From positions 145,061-209,060 of the forward strand of contig JBAYTN010000001.1 in NCBI GenBank assembly GCA_041675645.1: a stretch of 64,000 bases of DNA, read 5' to 3'. Positions within the stretch are counted from its first letter, which is position 1. Every line of letters starts with the position of its first letter. Source of the stretch: Melioribacteraceae bacterium (GTDB lineage: Bacteria > Bacteroidota > Ignavibacteria > Ignavibacteriales > Melioribacteraceae). A model generated the notes under the pieces. It was given only the letters and a program-made list of their open reading frames with translations. It was not told the DNA's origin and ran no database searches. Position numbers and translations under genes: made by a program. This document shows, piece after piece, positions 37,445 through 46,252 of this stretch.

Positions 37445-39829
37445 ATGAAGCGATTCTTTTCTTCTCTGATTCTTCTTCTTACAATAATTACAACACAAAG
37501 CTTCTCGCAGGCTGATCCAGTTATTCAAAAAATAATTGAGATTGGTAAAACAGATAACCAAACAATGCGCCATTTGGACATTCTTTGTAACCGCATAGGC
37601 GGCAGACCAATCGGTTCCGATGCTTACACAAACGCCGCAAATTGGGTTCTTGGAGAATTTAAGAAATGGGGCATTAAAGCAGAGTTAGATGAATCGGGAG
37701 AACTTCCGGTTGGTTTTAACCGCGGAGCTTGGTTTGGCAAGATGATCAAGCCAAAAGAAATGCATTTGGAATTTGGTACCCCGGCATTTACAGCCGGAAC
37801 AAAAGGTGTTCAGCGCGGTCACGTAATTATTATGCCCAACACCTATGCAAAGTTTGATTCACTAAAAAATAAAATAAAAGGCGCTTGGATTTTAGTAGAC
37901 GGAATTAATGAAGGCTGGCCACGGGATCGTGACTCTGTTTCTTCTCTAACTACTAAGTTGATTGCTGCCGGCGCTCTTGGAACAATTCAGTTATCTAAAC
38001 TTCCTATTCGTCTTCTTGATGCGCGGTATGTTAAATCATGGAATAATTTGCCAATGCTTCCGGATATTAAATTGCTCGACACACAATTCAACGAAATAAA
38101 ATCATCCGTTGAAAAAGGTGAAGAAGTAATTCTCGAATTTGATATCCGGAATTTTTTCAAACAAGGTCCGATCAAATATCATAATGTAATTGGAATTATT
38201 CCCGGCACAGAATTTCCGAACGAGTATGTTGTTCTTGGTGCACATTTGGATTCATACGATTTTGCGACCGGTGCTGTTGATAACGGTTCCGGTGTAACGC
38301 CAATGATGGAAGCAATGAGAATGCTTGTTCTCTCCGGCGCAAAACCGAAACGTTCAATCATGATTCAAATTTATGCCGGTGAAGAAAGAGGTTTACTAGG
38401 TTCAAAATCTTGGGTAGCAAAAAACCAAAAACTGCTTCCTAAAATTTCTGTAATGCTGAATAAGGATTTTGGGACAAATCCTATAGTTGGAATTGGAGTT
38501 CCTAAAGTTATGATGGAACAAACGAAAACTGTTGTTGAGCCAATACTAAACGCCGGATTAAAATATCCATTCAAACTAAATGAAACCGGTCCATTTAGAA
38601 AAGCCGGACGCGGCGGAACCGATAGTCATTCATTTTTGATGGAAGGAGTTCCAACTCCTCGCTTAAATTCCGAAGGTCCGCATCAATATGGAAGAACATG
38701 GCATACGCTTTACGATACTTACAACGAAGTGATTCCCGATGCGCAAGAAGATGCGGCTGTAAAAATAGCTTTGCTTGCTTATGGCTTTGCTAATCTTGAT
38801 GAACTCCTTCCGCGAGAAGGCGCATTTGTTCCCGATGGAATTTATGCTGATATAAGCACCGCATCAAAAGGAAGAATTACGCTTGCGCTTGATTATGAAC
38901 ATGCACCTATGACTGTTGCCAACTTTATTGGTTTGGCTGAAGGAACAATAAAGAATGAAGCAATCGTTGAAGGAAAACCATATTACTCTAATGTTGTTTG
39001 GCATCGGGTTGTAGATGGGCACGTAATACAAGCCGGAATGCCGAATACCGGAAAAGAAACCGAAGGCCCCGGATATGAATTTCCAAATGAAATTTATAAC
39101 GGCTTCTCACATAATAAAGCCGGTATGCTTGGTATGGCGAACTCTGGTCCTAATACCAACGGAAGTCAATTCTACATTACACTTGCCGACCGTTCCTATT
39201 TGGATGGCAACTACACTTTATTCGGTTGGGTAACAGAAGGAATGGATGTAGTAAATAAGATTGCTCAAGGAGATACAATTAAAAGCATTACAATTACGCG
39301 CATCGGTGAAAAAGCAAATGCATTTAAAGTAACAAACGATTCATTTACTAAAATGGTTGACGAAGCTAAAGCCAAAGTTAAACTTGCTGATGAACAAAGA
39401 GTTAAAACCGAAGCTCAACTGGTTGCGAATAATTACTCGAATGCCGTAACAACCGCGAGCGGTTTGAAATATATAATAAAAAAAGAAGGCTCCGGAGAAA
39501 AACCCGCTGCTGGATCAATAGTAAAAGCGAAATACACCGGTAAGCTATTAATCAACGGAACCGAGTTTGTAAGTACTAGTGTAGAAGGAAAGGCTAACAC
39601 AATTGAGACGCCGGAAATTTTTGATTACGAAGTTGGTAAAACGAAAATTAACCACGGTGTTGATGAAGCATTAGCAGATATGAAACCGGGCGAAGTTCGT
39701 TTAGTAGTTGTGCCCTCCAATCTGGCATTTGGAACAAGCGGATTTTACGGCAAATCAATTTCGGGCAAAAAACGTTTTGTGATTTCTCCAAACACTAGTT
39801 TGGTTTATGAAATTGAAGTATTGCAATAA
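37445..39829 (+). CDS. secreted tri-domain protein: M28 family peptidase (PA domain) + cyclophilin-type PPIase + FKBP-type PPIase
   Basis: Signal peptide MKRFFSSLILLLTIITTQSFSQA. M28 zinc-ligand regions (HLDSYDFATGAVDNGSG, AGEERGLLGS). Cyclophilin core (VVWHRVVDGHVIQAGMP...GPNTNGSQFYITLAD...GWVTEGMDVV). C-terminal FKBP domain (GLKYIIKKEGSGEKPAAGSIVKAKYTGKLLINGTEF...RLVVVPSNLAFG). Confidence 0.75.
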   Translation: MKRFFSSLILLLTIITTQSFSQADPVIQKIIEIGKTDNQTMRHLDILCNRIGGRPIGSDAYTNAANWVLGEFKKWGIKAELDESGELPVGFNRGAWFGKMIKPKEMHLEFGTPAFTAGTKGVQRGHVIIMPNTYAKFDSLKNKIKGAWILVDGINEGWPRDRDSVSSLTTKLIAAGALGTIQLSKLPIRLLDARYVKSWNNLPMLPDIKLLDTQFNEIKSSVEKGEEVILEFDIRNFFKQGPIKYHNVIGIIPGTEFPNEYVVLGAHLDSYDFATGAVDNGSGVTPMMEAMRMLVLSGAKPKRSIMIQIYAGEERGLLGSKSWVAKNQKLLPKISVMLNKDFGTNPIVGIGVPKVMMEQTKTVVEPILNAGLKYPFKLNETGPFRKAGRGGTDSHSFLMEGVPTPRLNSEGPHQYGRTWHTLYDTYNEVIPDAQEDAAVKIALLAYGFANLDELLPREGAFVPDGIYADISTASKGRITLALDYEHAPMTVANFIGLAEGTIKNEAIVEGKPYYSNVVWHRVVDGHVIQAGMPNTGKETEGPGYEFPNEIYNGFSHNKAGMLGMANSGPNTNGSQFYITLADRSYLDGNYTLFGWVTEGMDVVNKIAQGDTIKSITITRIGEKANAFKVTNDSFTKMVDEAKAKVKLADEQRVKTEAQLVANNYSNAVTTASGLKYIIKKEGSGEKPAAGSIVKAKYTGKLLINGTEFVSTSVEGKANTIETPEIFDYEVGKTKINHGVDEALADMKPGEVRLVVVPSNLAFGTSGFYGKSISGKKRFVISPNTSLVYEIEVLQ

Positions 39830-39865
39830 TCTTTATAGGAAATTAAGTCGTTGAATGTTCAAAAT

Positions 39866-39889
39866 ATTTCCCGGACACGTCCGGGAAAT
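39866..39889 (+). terminator. hairpin downstream of the M28-PPIase gene
   Basis: Perfect palindrome atttcccggac-ac-gtccgggaaat. Confidence 0.5.
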
Positions 39890-39924
39890 TGTTTATAAGA
39901 AAGAGAATTTTAGGGTAATCAATC

Positions 39925-41055
39925 ATGAGTATAGAAATTACCTCAAATAAAGAATATAAGAATTGGCTTGCCGGGCTAAAGACTAAAGTCCGCACCGCTC
40001 AGCTAAAGGCTGCTGTTAGAGTAAACAAAGAACTCCTCACTCTTTATTGGGAACTGGGTGCAGACATCATATCAAAACAGTCTGAAACTAAGTGGGGTGA
40101 TAAATTTCTTCAGCAATTGAGTAAAGATTTGGCGGAAGAATTCCCGGAGATAAAAGGTTTTTCCGAGAGAAATCTGAAGTATATCCGGCAATGGTATAGT
40201 TTTTACGCATCAACCACCAACGCATTTGGGCAACAACCTGTTGCCCAAATAGCAAAACAACTTGTTTTGCAATCGCCTACGGTATCAAATAGCCAACAGA
40301 CTGTTGACTTAATTAGTCAGCAAGCTGTTCCCCTAATTACCCAAATCCCATGGGGTCATAACATTGCAATCATCGCAAAATGCAAGAATATTGAGGAGGC
40401 GCTTTTCTATATTCAAAATACTATCGAGCATGGGTGGAGCCGCAGTGTTCTAATTCATCAGATAGAGAGCGGTTTATTCCGGCGAGAAGGAAGTTCTGTG
40501 AATAACTTTGCCCTCACACTTCCGGCTCCGCAATCCGACCTTGCAAAGCAAACAATTAAAGATCCGTATGTTTTCGATTTTCTTAGCATGACCAAAGATT
40601 ATAACGAGCGGGATTTGGAATCCGCGCTTGTTGAACATTTAACTCACTTCCTTTTGGAACTCGGTGCCGGGTTTGCATACTTGGGAAGACAAATACAAAT
40701 TAATGTTGGAGAGAGGGAATTCTTTCTCGATCTTCTCTTCTACCATACGCGGCTTCATTGCTATGTTGTGGTGGAACTTAAAACCGGAGAATTTGAACCG
40801 GAGTTTGCCGGTAAACTTAATTTTTATATCAAAGCGGTAGATAAAAAATTTAGAAATGAGAGAGACCAGCCGACAATTGGCATTCTGCTCTGTAAGAAAA
40901 AAGATAGACTTGTTGCAGAGTACGCTCTTAGCGATATACATAAACCAATTGGTGTTTCCGAATATCAGTTAACGCAATCTTTGCCGGATAATTTAAAGCC
41001 AAGCTTGCCAAGTATTGAAGAAATTGAAAGAGAATTTGATGCGGAGAGACAATGA
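39925..41055 (+). CDS. YhcG/DUF1016 family PD-(D/E)xK nuclease domain protein
   Basis: 376 aa. The N-terminal DUF1016 region (KNWLAGLKTKVRTAQLKAAVRVNKELLTLYWELGADI...GFSERNLKYIRQWY) and the C-terminal PDDEXK core (FFLDLLFYHTRLHCYVVVELKTGEF) are typical of YhcG-like proteins. Confidence 0.75.
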   Translation: MSIEITSNKEYKNWLAGLKTKVRTAQLKAAVRVNKELLTLYWELGADIISKQSETKWGDKFLQQLSKDLAEEFPEIKGFSERNLKYIRQWYSFYASTTNAFGQQPVAQIAKQLVLQSPTVSNSQQTVDLISQQAVPLITQIPWGHNIAIIAKCKNIEEALFYIQNTIEHGWSRSVLIHQIESGLFRREGSSVNNFALTLPAPQSDLAKQTIKDPYVFDFLSMTKDYNERDLESALVEHLTHFLLELGAGFAYLGRQIQINVGEREFFLDLLFYHTRLHCYVVVELKTGEFEPEFAGKLNFYIKAVDKKFRNERDQPTIGILLCKKKDRLVAEYALSDIHKPIGVSEYQLTQSLPDNLKPSLPSIEEIEREFDAERQ

Positions 41056-41059
41056 GTAA

Positions 41060-41170
41060 CAGAAATTTGGGTTCTCATGGTTTTGTGACAAATTGATTGA
41101 ACGTAAAAAACGTTTTGTTATTTCTCCGAACACAAGTTTGGTTTATGAAATAGAAGTGCTTGAAAAAAAG
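41060..41170 (+). pseudogene. displaced 3'-end remnant (about 30 codons) homologous to the end of the M28-PPIase gene
   Basis: In frame it reads ...KFGFSWFCDKLIERKKRFVISPNTSLVYEIEVLEKK*. The intact gene 1.3 kb upstream ends ...AFGTSGFYGKSISGKKRFVISPNTSLVYEIEVLQ*. The last 18 residues are identical at protein level and differ by silent changes at DNA level. Confidence 0.7.
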
Positions 41171-41330
41171 TAAGACTATGCTTTCGGCTATCAGCGTTCG
41201 GCTTTCGGAGAAACATCTTTACTGATAACTGAATGCTGGTCGCAATGATAAATTGATTAACAAATATTGCATAGTTATTACCACTGTTTGAAAATTGAGT
41301 TGCATATTAATAGCTTATTGGAATAATCCG

Positions 41331-41942
41331 ATGAAAAAATCACGAACAAAGATCCCCAAAAAGATTGCCGACGAAGTGGCTTATCAATCTGATATGGTTT
41401 GTGCAGTATGTGAAACGCCAGGGGATCATATACACCACATTGACGGCAATCCATCAAATAACGATTCGGACAACTTGATTCTATTATGTTTCAGACATCA
41501 TAGTTCTGCTAGCACTAAAGGTAATTTATCTCGTAAGTTATCAAAGGGTATACTGATGCGTTATCGTGAACAGCATTATAAACGAGTCGCACAGAAGCGA
41601 TACCTTCCACCCATTCAGAAAAACCCAAAAGTTCATGAACATATTTCCGAAGGAATCTTCTTTCAACTCACAATGGATGCTTTGGTTTGTATAGAAGTAG
41701 AAAAAATACGAAGGAATTTGAGGCGTCATAATTGGCCTTTAATTCAAAAACACATTTATGACTTGAATGCATTTCCGGCAGAAATAGGTCCACGTGCACG
41801 AAATGCAATTCTTTGTGCACTCGATGATATAAGCTCCAGCACTCGTCATCGTATGCCCCTACTGTTGCTCAGGCTATTCAACACATCGCCTCAAATATAC
41901 TTCCAGAACGTAGTCGTTCGACTCATAGACATGAAAAGTTGA
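41331..41942 (+). CDS. HNH endonuclease domain protein with uncharacterised C-terminal domain
   Basis: The N-terminus carries a canonical HNH zinc-finger nuclease motif: CAVCE...HIHHIDGNPSNNDSDNLILLCFRHH. The C-terminal ~130 aa are unassigned. ATG 41331 is preferred over the TTG at 41295. Confidence 0.65.
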   Translation: MKKSRTKIPKKIADEVAYQSDMVCAVCETPGDHIHHIDGNPSNNDSDNLILLCFRHHSSASTKGNLSRKLSKGILMRYREQHYKRVAQKRYLPPIQKNPKVHEHISEGIFFQLTMDALVCIEVEKIRRNLRRHNWPLIQKHIYDLNAFPAEIGPRARNAILCALDDISSSTRHRMPLLLLRLFNTSPQIYFQNVVVRLIDMKS

Positions 41943-42262
41943 GCGCTATCGAAAAACAAATGCTGCACACAGGAATTGCTATCAGCTTTGATATGGCTTA
42001 TGATGCTGTTCGGTACCTCGGGAAAATAAGGATCGCTGATGAAGGTGCACAAATATTATGGCAAATCCTCTGTTTTGCTAATCGCAATAAGGTTAATGAT
42101 ATTACAAAACTTGCCAGCTCAGAATTCAGTCGTTTAGAAGAAACAGCTCAAAAAATTGGAGACAAATATTCTGCTATGCTTTTCAATTTGTATCATAAAC
42201 ATGGTTTGTCGGGGGATTATCATTTCCCGGATTATCCTGATGAGCTTGCTGAGAGGCTTTAG
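41939..42262 (+). CDS. hypothetical 107-aa protein co-transcribed with the HNH gene (candidate partner/immunity-like protein)
   Basis: Its ATG overlaps the HNH gene's stop by 4 nt (ATGA). Composition is alpha-helical. I recognised no family. Confidence 0.45.
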   Translation: MSAIEKQMLHTGIAISFDMAYDAVRYLGKIRIADEGAQILWQILCFANRNKVNDITKLASSEFSRLEETAQKIGDKYSAMLFNLYHKHGLSGDYHFPDYPDELAERL

Positions 42263-42478
42263 GATATTTGTAAAACAATTTCACATAAAAAACACAACTA
42301 AATATTAGTTTAATTATATCTACTATTTTTTCTGGAAAAGAAATAATCCATTTTTCCATATTCATAGTCTATTTCTCTGACTGTCGAAGATCATTCCTAA
42401 TAAGAAAGACAATTAAGCATGTCGTGTTAGCTATCTGTGCTCAGCTTTCAGAGAAACATTTTTTACTGATAGCTAAAT

Positions 42479-42501
42479 GCTGACGGCTGATTGCCGTCAG
42501 C
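42479..42501 (-). terminator. hairpin immediately downstream of trhO
   Basis: gctgacgg-ctgattg-ccgtcagc abuts the trhO stop codon. Confidence 0.4.
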
Positions 42502-43385
42502 TATTCATCATACTTTTTTCTTCTGTTATCCGACGCGCGGCATTCATCAGAACAGCAATAATCATTTTCAATTTTGCATTCCTGGCAAGTAACAAGCAGC
42601 TCATCACAATTTTGGTTGTGGCAGTTAATGTAATATGATGCCGGCGTTCCGCAGAAATAACATTTTCCAATATGTTTTGTTTCTTCGTTTTTGTTTGGAG
42701 TGATGACTCTCCGCTCATCAAAGACAAACATACTTCCTTCCCAATATTTATCGGGATGCTGGTTTATGTAATTCCAGATGCCGCCATTCATTTGGTAAAC
42801 ATCTTTGAATCCTTGCTCTACCAAATAGGCGCTTGCCTTCTCGCAGCGGATTCCTCCCGTGCAGTAAGTAACTACAGTTTTGTTTTTGTAGTCAGAAATA
42901 TCTTCGGCTACTTTAACCCAATCGCGGAACGTTTTCATTTCCGGAGTTACCGCATTCTTAAATTTTCCAATAACACTTTCGTAATCGTTGCGCGCATCAA
43001 TAATTAAAAACTCTTTGCCGGATTCATAAAACTCGTTGAGCATTTCCGGCGCCAAATACTTACCGGTTTTGGAAAGATCAACTTCACCAAAACTCGCGTT
43101 TACAATTTCTTTCTTCAGCCGCACATGAATTTTTCTGAATGCGTGCTCTGTGTGTTCATCTTCTTTAAACCAAATATCGGCAAACTGAGGATAGCTTCTT
43201 ATCTCATTTTTGAATGCTTCTATATTCTCAACCTTGCCGGAGACTGTCGCATTAATCCCCTCATCAGAAATCCAAACACGTCCTTTGATATCGTGATTCT
43301 GGCAAAACTTGAGATGATCTTGAACAAACTTTTCCGGCTCGGGAAAGCCGATGTATTTATAAAAAAGTAAAACCCGGTAATCCAT
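42501..43385 (-). CDS. trhO: rhodanese-domain tRNA U34 hydroxylase TrhO/YceA-like (UPF0176)
   Basis: Start set at ATG 43385 (MDYRVLLFYKYIGF... the conserved UPF0176 N-terminus). Rhodanese active-site segment YCTGGIRCEKASAYL. C-terminal Cys cluster CYFCG...CHNQNCDELLVTCQEC. Confidence 0.7.
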   Translation of the reverse strand: MDYRVLLFYKYIGFPEPEKFVQDHLKFCQNHDIKGRVWISDEGINATVSGKVENIEAFKNEIRSYPQFADIWFKEDEHTEHAFRKIHVRLKKEIVNASFGEVDLSKTGKYLAPEMLNEFYESGKEFLIIDARNDYESVIGKFKNAVTPEMKTFRDWVKVAEDISDYKNKTVVTYCTGGIRCEKASAYLVEQGFKDVYQMNGGIWNYINQHPDKYWEGSMFVFDERRVITPNKNEETKHIGKCYFCGTPASYYINCHNQNCDELLVTCQECKIENDYCCSDECRASDNRRKKYDE

Positions 43386-43448
43386 ATTCTTCCTTTCTTG
43401 CAGCATTGCTCTTATATTTGAACGCAAAAATAGCAAATAGGAGTTTAA

Positions 43449-43742
43449 ATGAGACATTTCATCGTAGAAATTATTTACAAGGCGCCGATTGAGAAAATTG
43501 AGGAATTAACCCCTATTCACAGAGAATTTTTACAAACGGGCTATAAAGCGGGAATGCTGCTTGTTTCGGGACCCAAAGTGCCGCGTACCGGCGGAATTGT
43601 AATTGCCAAAGCAAAATCTATGGAAGAGTTAGCAGAGTTTTTTAAGAACGATCCTTACGCTGTGAACTATGCCGCTGATTACAGCTTTATAGAGTTCAAC
43701 CCGAAAAGCCATCAGAAGATTCTGAAAGACTGGTTGGAATAA
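43449..43742 (+). CDS. YciI-like protein
   Basis: 97 aa: MRHFIVEIIYKAPIEKIEELTPIHREFLQ...GMLLVSGP...GGIVIAKAKSMEELAEFFKNDPY fits the YciI family pattern. Confidence 0.6.
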   Translation: MRHFIVEIIYKAPIEKIEELTPIHREFLQTGYKAGMLLVSGPKVPRTGGIVIAKAKSMEELAEFFKNDPYAVNYAADYSFIEFNPKSHQKILKDWLE

Positions 43743-43814
43743 AAATAGTACGAAGACTTTGCCTACCTAATTAACTGCATCGTTGCTATATTTAGGTCAA
43801 AATTATTGAAGAAT

Positions 43815-45146
43815 ATGAATCAGCCCGATGTACGTGTTGGAGTGTTGACGGAAAAGGAAATCCGCTTTGATCTTTACGGCGATTTCTCCGTCCGCGGTTA
43901 CGAAAAAAAATTCAGCGGCAAGTTTACAGCTAAACTCGCCGGAGATTTAATCACCCTTTTCCATGATAAGAAAGAAGTTCTTTCCGCTAAGGAAATTTCA
44001 TTTATCCCGAACGATCTGGAAATAGAATCATTTCTTCTTCGCGATGTTGTTATTGGAATTAATTTCCACTGGCAAAAAAAAGAGAACCAGCGTTTCCGCG
44101 GTAAGCTTAATCTTATAATTGAAGGAGACAAAATCACAGCGGTAAATATTCTTCCTCTTGAAGATTACTTAACGAGTGTCATCTCCTCCGAGATGAGTCC
44201 GAACTCATCTGTTGAACTTCTGAAAGCGCATGCAATAGTTTCCCGCGGCTGGCTTCTTGCTCAGCTCGCAAAGAAGAAAACTCATACAAACACAATGATT
44301 GAAAACGCCTCGGAAGATGAAGTAATCCGCTGGTACGATAGAGAAGACCATATTAATTTCGATTTCTGCGCCGACGATCACTGCCAGCGCTATCAAGGAA
44401 TTACAAAAATTATTAACGACCACGCTACTACCGCAATAATGGAAACGCGCGGCTTGTTCTTAACATACAACGATAAAATTTGCGATACGCGCTATTCGAA
44501 AAGCTGCGGCGGAATTTCGGAAGCATTTGAAAACTGCTGGGAAGATACTCCTCATAAATATCTTTCTCCAATTATTGATTACAAGTTTGAGCTTGACGGT
44601 TACGAAACCGACTTAACTAAAGAAAATTTTGCAGAGAAGTGGATAAAGAGTTCACCTCACGCATTCTGCAACACAACAGATAAAAAAGTTCTCTCTCAAG
44701 TGCTTGTGGATTTTGACCGCGATACAAATGACTTCTTCCGCTGGAAAGTTGAATACACTCAAGAAGAAATTGCCGGATTAATAAACAGCAAAAGCGGATT
44801 TGATTTTGGCGATATACTCGATCTCGTTCCGGTTAGCAGAGGCGCTTCAGCGCGACTTATAAAACTGAAAATTATCGGCACTAAAAAAACTTTAACGATC
44901 GGCAAAGAACTTGAAATAAGAAAAGTTCTTTCCAAAACTCATCTCTACAGTTCTGCCTTCATAGTTCAAAAAGAAAATATTGTTAATGGTGTTCCTCAAA
45001 AATTTACTTTGCTCGGTGCTGGCTGGGGACACGGAGTTGGGCTTTGCCAAATAGGCGCGGCTGTAATGGGAGAAAAAGGTTATACGTTTGATGAAATCCT
45101 AAAGCATTACTTCCGCGGGGCAACCATTCAAAAAGGATATGAATGA
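43815..45146 (+). CDS. SpoIID/LytB domain protein
   Basis: ATG at 43815 (TTG alternative at 43806). SpoIID/LytB signatures FCADDHCQRYQG and GWGHGVGLCQIGAAVMGEKGY. Confidence 0.7.
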   Translation: MNQPDVRVGVLTEKEIRFDLYGDFSVRGYEKKFSGKFTAKLAGDLITLFHDKKEVLSAKEISFIPNDLEIESFLLRDVVIGINFHWQKKENQRFRGKLNLIIEGDKITAVNILPLEDYLTSVISSEMSPNSSVELLKAHAIVSRGWLLAQLAKKKTHTNTMIENASEDEVIRWYDREDHINFDFCADDHCQRYQGITKIINDHATTAIMETRGLFLTYNDKICDTRYSKSCGGISEAFENCWEDTPHKYLSPIIDYKFELDGYETDLTKENFAEKWIKSSPHAFCNTTDKKVLSQVLVDFDRDTNDFFRWKVEYTQEEIAGLINSKSGFDFGDILDLVPVSRGASARLIKLKIIGTKKTLTIGKELEIRKVLSKTHLYSSAFIVQKENIVNGVPQKFTLLGAGWGHGVGLCQIGAAVMGEKGYTFDEILKHYFRGATIQKGYE

Positions 45147-46252
45147 GAGTACTTTTCACTTGTCTTTCCCAAAGTTGGGGCGGAATGGAAATGTACGCTC
45201 TAACTACGGTTAAGCAGCTTCTCAAACATAATATTGAAACCGAATTAGTTTGCTTTCCAGATTCGCGGCTTCACGAAGAAGCGGCTAAAGAAAATATTAC
45301 TATACATACTTTTAGATTTAAGTCGTATATCAATCTCTCCGCCACAAGCAAGCTTTCCTCATTGATAAAGAAGAACTCCTACGATGTAATTGAGTGCGGC
45401 GGATCGAAAGATTTATGGCTTGTTGTTCCGGTATTAAAACTTTCGGGATCAACAATTCCCTTGTTTCTTTCTAAGCAGATGGCTTCCTTTATAGTAAAAA
45501 AAGATTTTATGCATCGCTGGATTTACAGCCGAGTTTCAAAAGCATTTGCAATCAGCAACATGATTGCCAAGAACCTTGAAGAGACAACGCCGCTAACGAA
45601 AGATAAAATTGTACTTCTGCACAACGCGATTGATACAACCAAGTTTGATCCGGCAAAGATTGACAGAACAAAAGTCCGAAAGGAATTTTCAATTGCTGAT
45701 GACCAAATACTAATCGGGATGATTGCAAGATTTAGTCCCGGAAAAGGGCACGAGGAATTTCTTACAGCAGTTAATCAACTTAGCGATAGCCATTCAAACG
45801 TAAGATTTATGATTGTAGGTGAAGCAAGCCGGGGCGAAGAAAGCTACGCGCAGAAAATAAAATCGCTTGCGGGCGAACTTAACATTTTAGATAAAATAAT
45901 TTTTACCGGTTTCCGTAAAGACACACCGGAAATTTTAGCGGCACTGGATATTTTTATTTTTCCATCTCACGATGAAGCTTTTGGAATTGCGCTAGCTGAA
46001 GCTCTAAGTATGGGAAAGCCTTCTGTTTGTTCTAATTTTGCCGGAGTTCTTGATATTGCCGTTGATAATGAAACATCTTACTTGTTCGAAAAAGGAAACG
46101 GAATCGATCTAGCTACAAAAACTGAGTTGCTGGTTAATTCGAAGGAAACTCGTGAGCGTTTCAGTAATGCGGCGCGCAAAAGAGCTGTTGAGATGTTCGA
46201 TATAGAATTATTCACCGAAAAGTTAATTAATCACTTTAAGCTAAGCAGATGA
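45143..46252 (+). CDS. glycosyltransferase family 4 (GT-B fold)
   Basis: 369 aa. The C-terminal half has the GT4 EX7E region (SHDEAFGIALAEALSMGKPSVCSN). It overlaps the upstream gene by 4 nt. Confidence 0.75.
   Translation: MRVLFTCLSQSWGGMEMYALTTVKQLLKHNIETELVCFPDSRLHEEAAKENITIHTFRFKSYINLSATSKLSSLIKKNSYDVIECGGSKDLWLVVPVLKLSGSTIPLFLSKQMASFIVKKDFMHRWIYSRVSKAFAISNMIAKNLEETTPLTKDKIVLLHNAIDTTKFDPAKIDRTKVRKEFSIADDQILIGMIARFSPGKGHEEFLTAVNQLSDSHSNVRFMIVGEASRGEESYAQKIKSLAGELNILDKIIFTGFRKDTPEILAALDIFIFPSHDEAFGIALAEALSMGKPSVCSNFAGVLDIAVDNETSYLFEKGNGIDLATKTELLVNSKETRERFSNAARKRAVEMFDIELFTEKLINHFKLSR

Noticed and set aside
40639-40941. 100-aa minus-strand ORF inside the yhcG-like gene, and similar internal ORFs (13438..13707, 31716..32120, 48484..48849, 50273..50575, 52339..52899)
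   Set aside because: All are antisense to well-supported genes and were treated as shadow ORFs.
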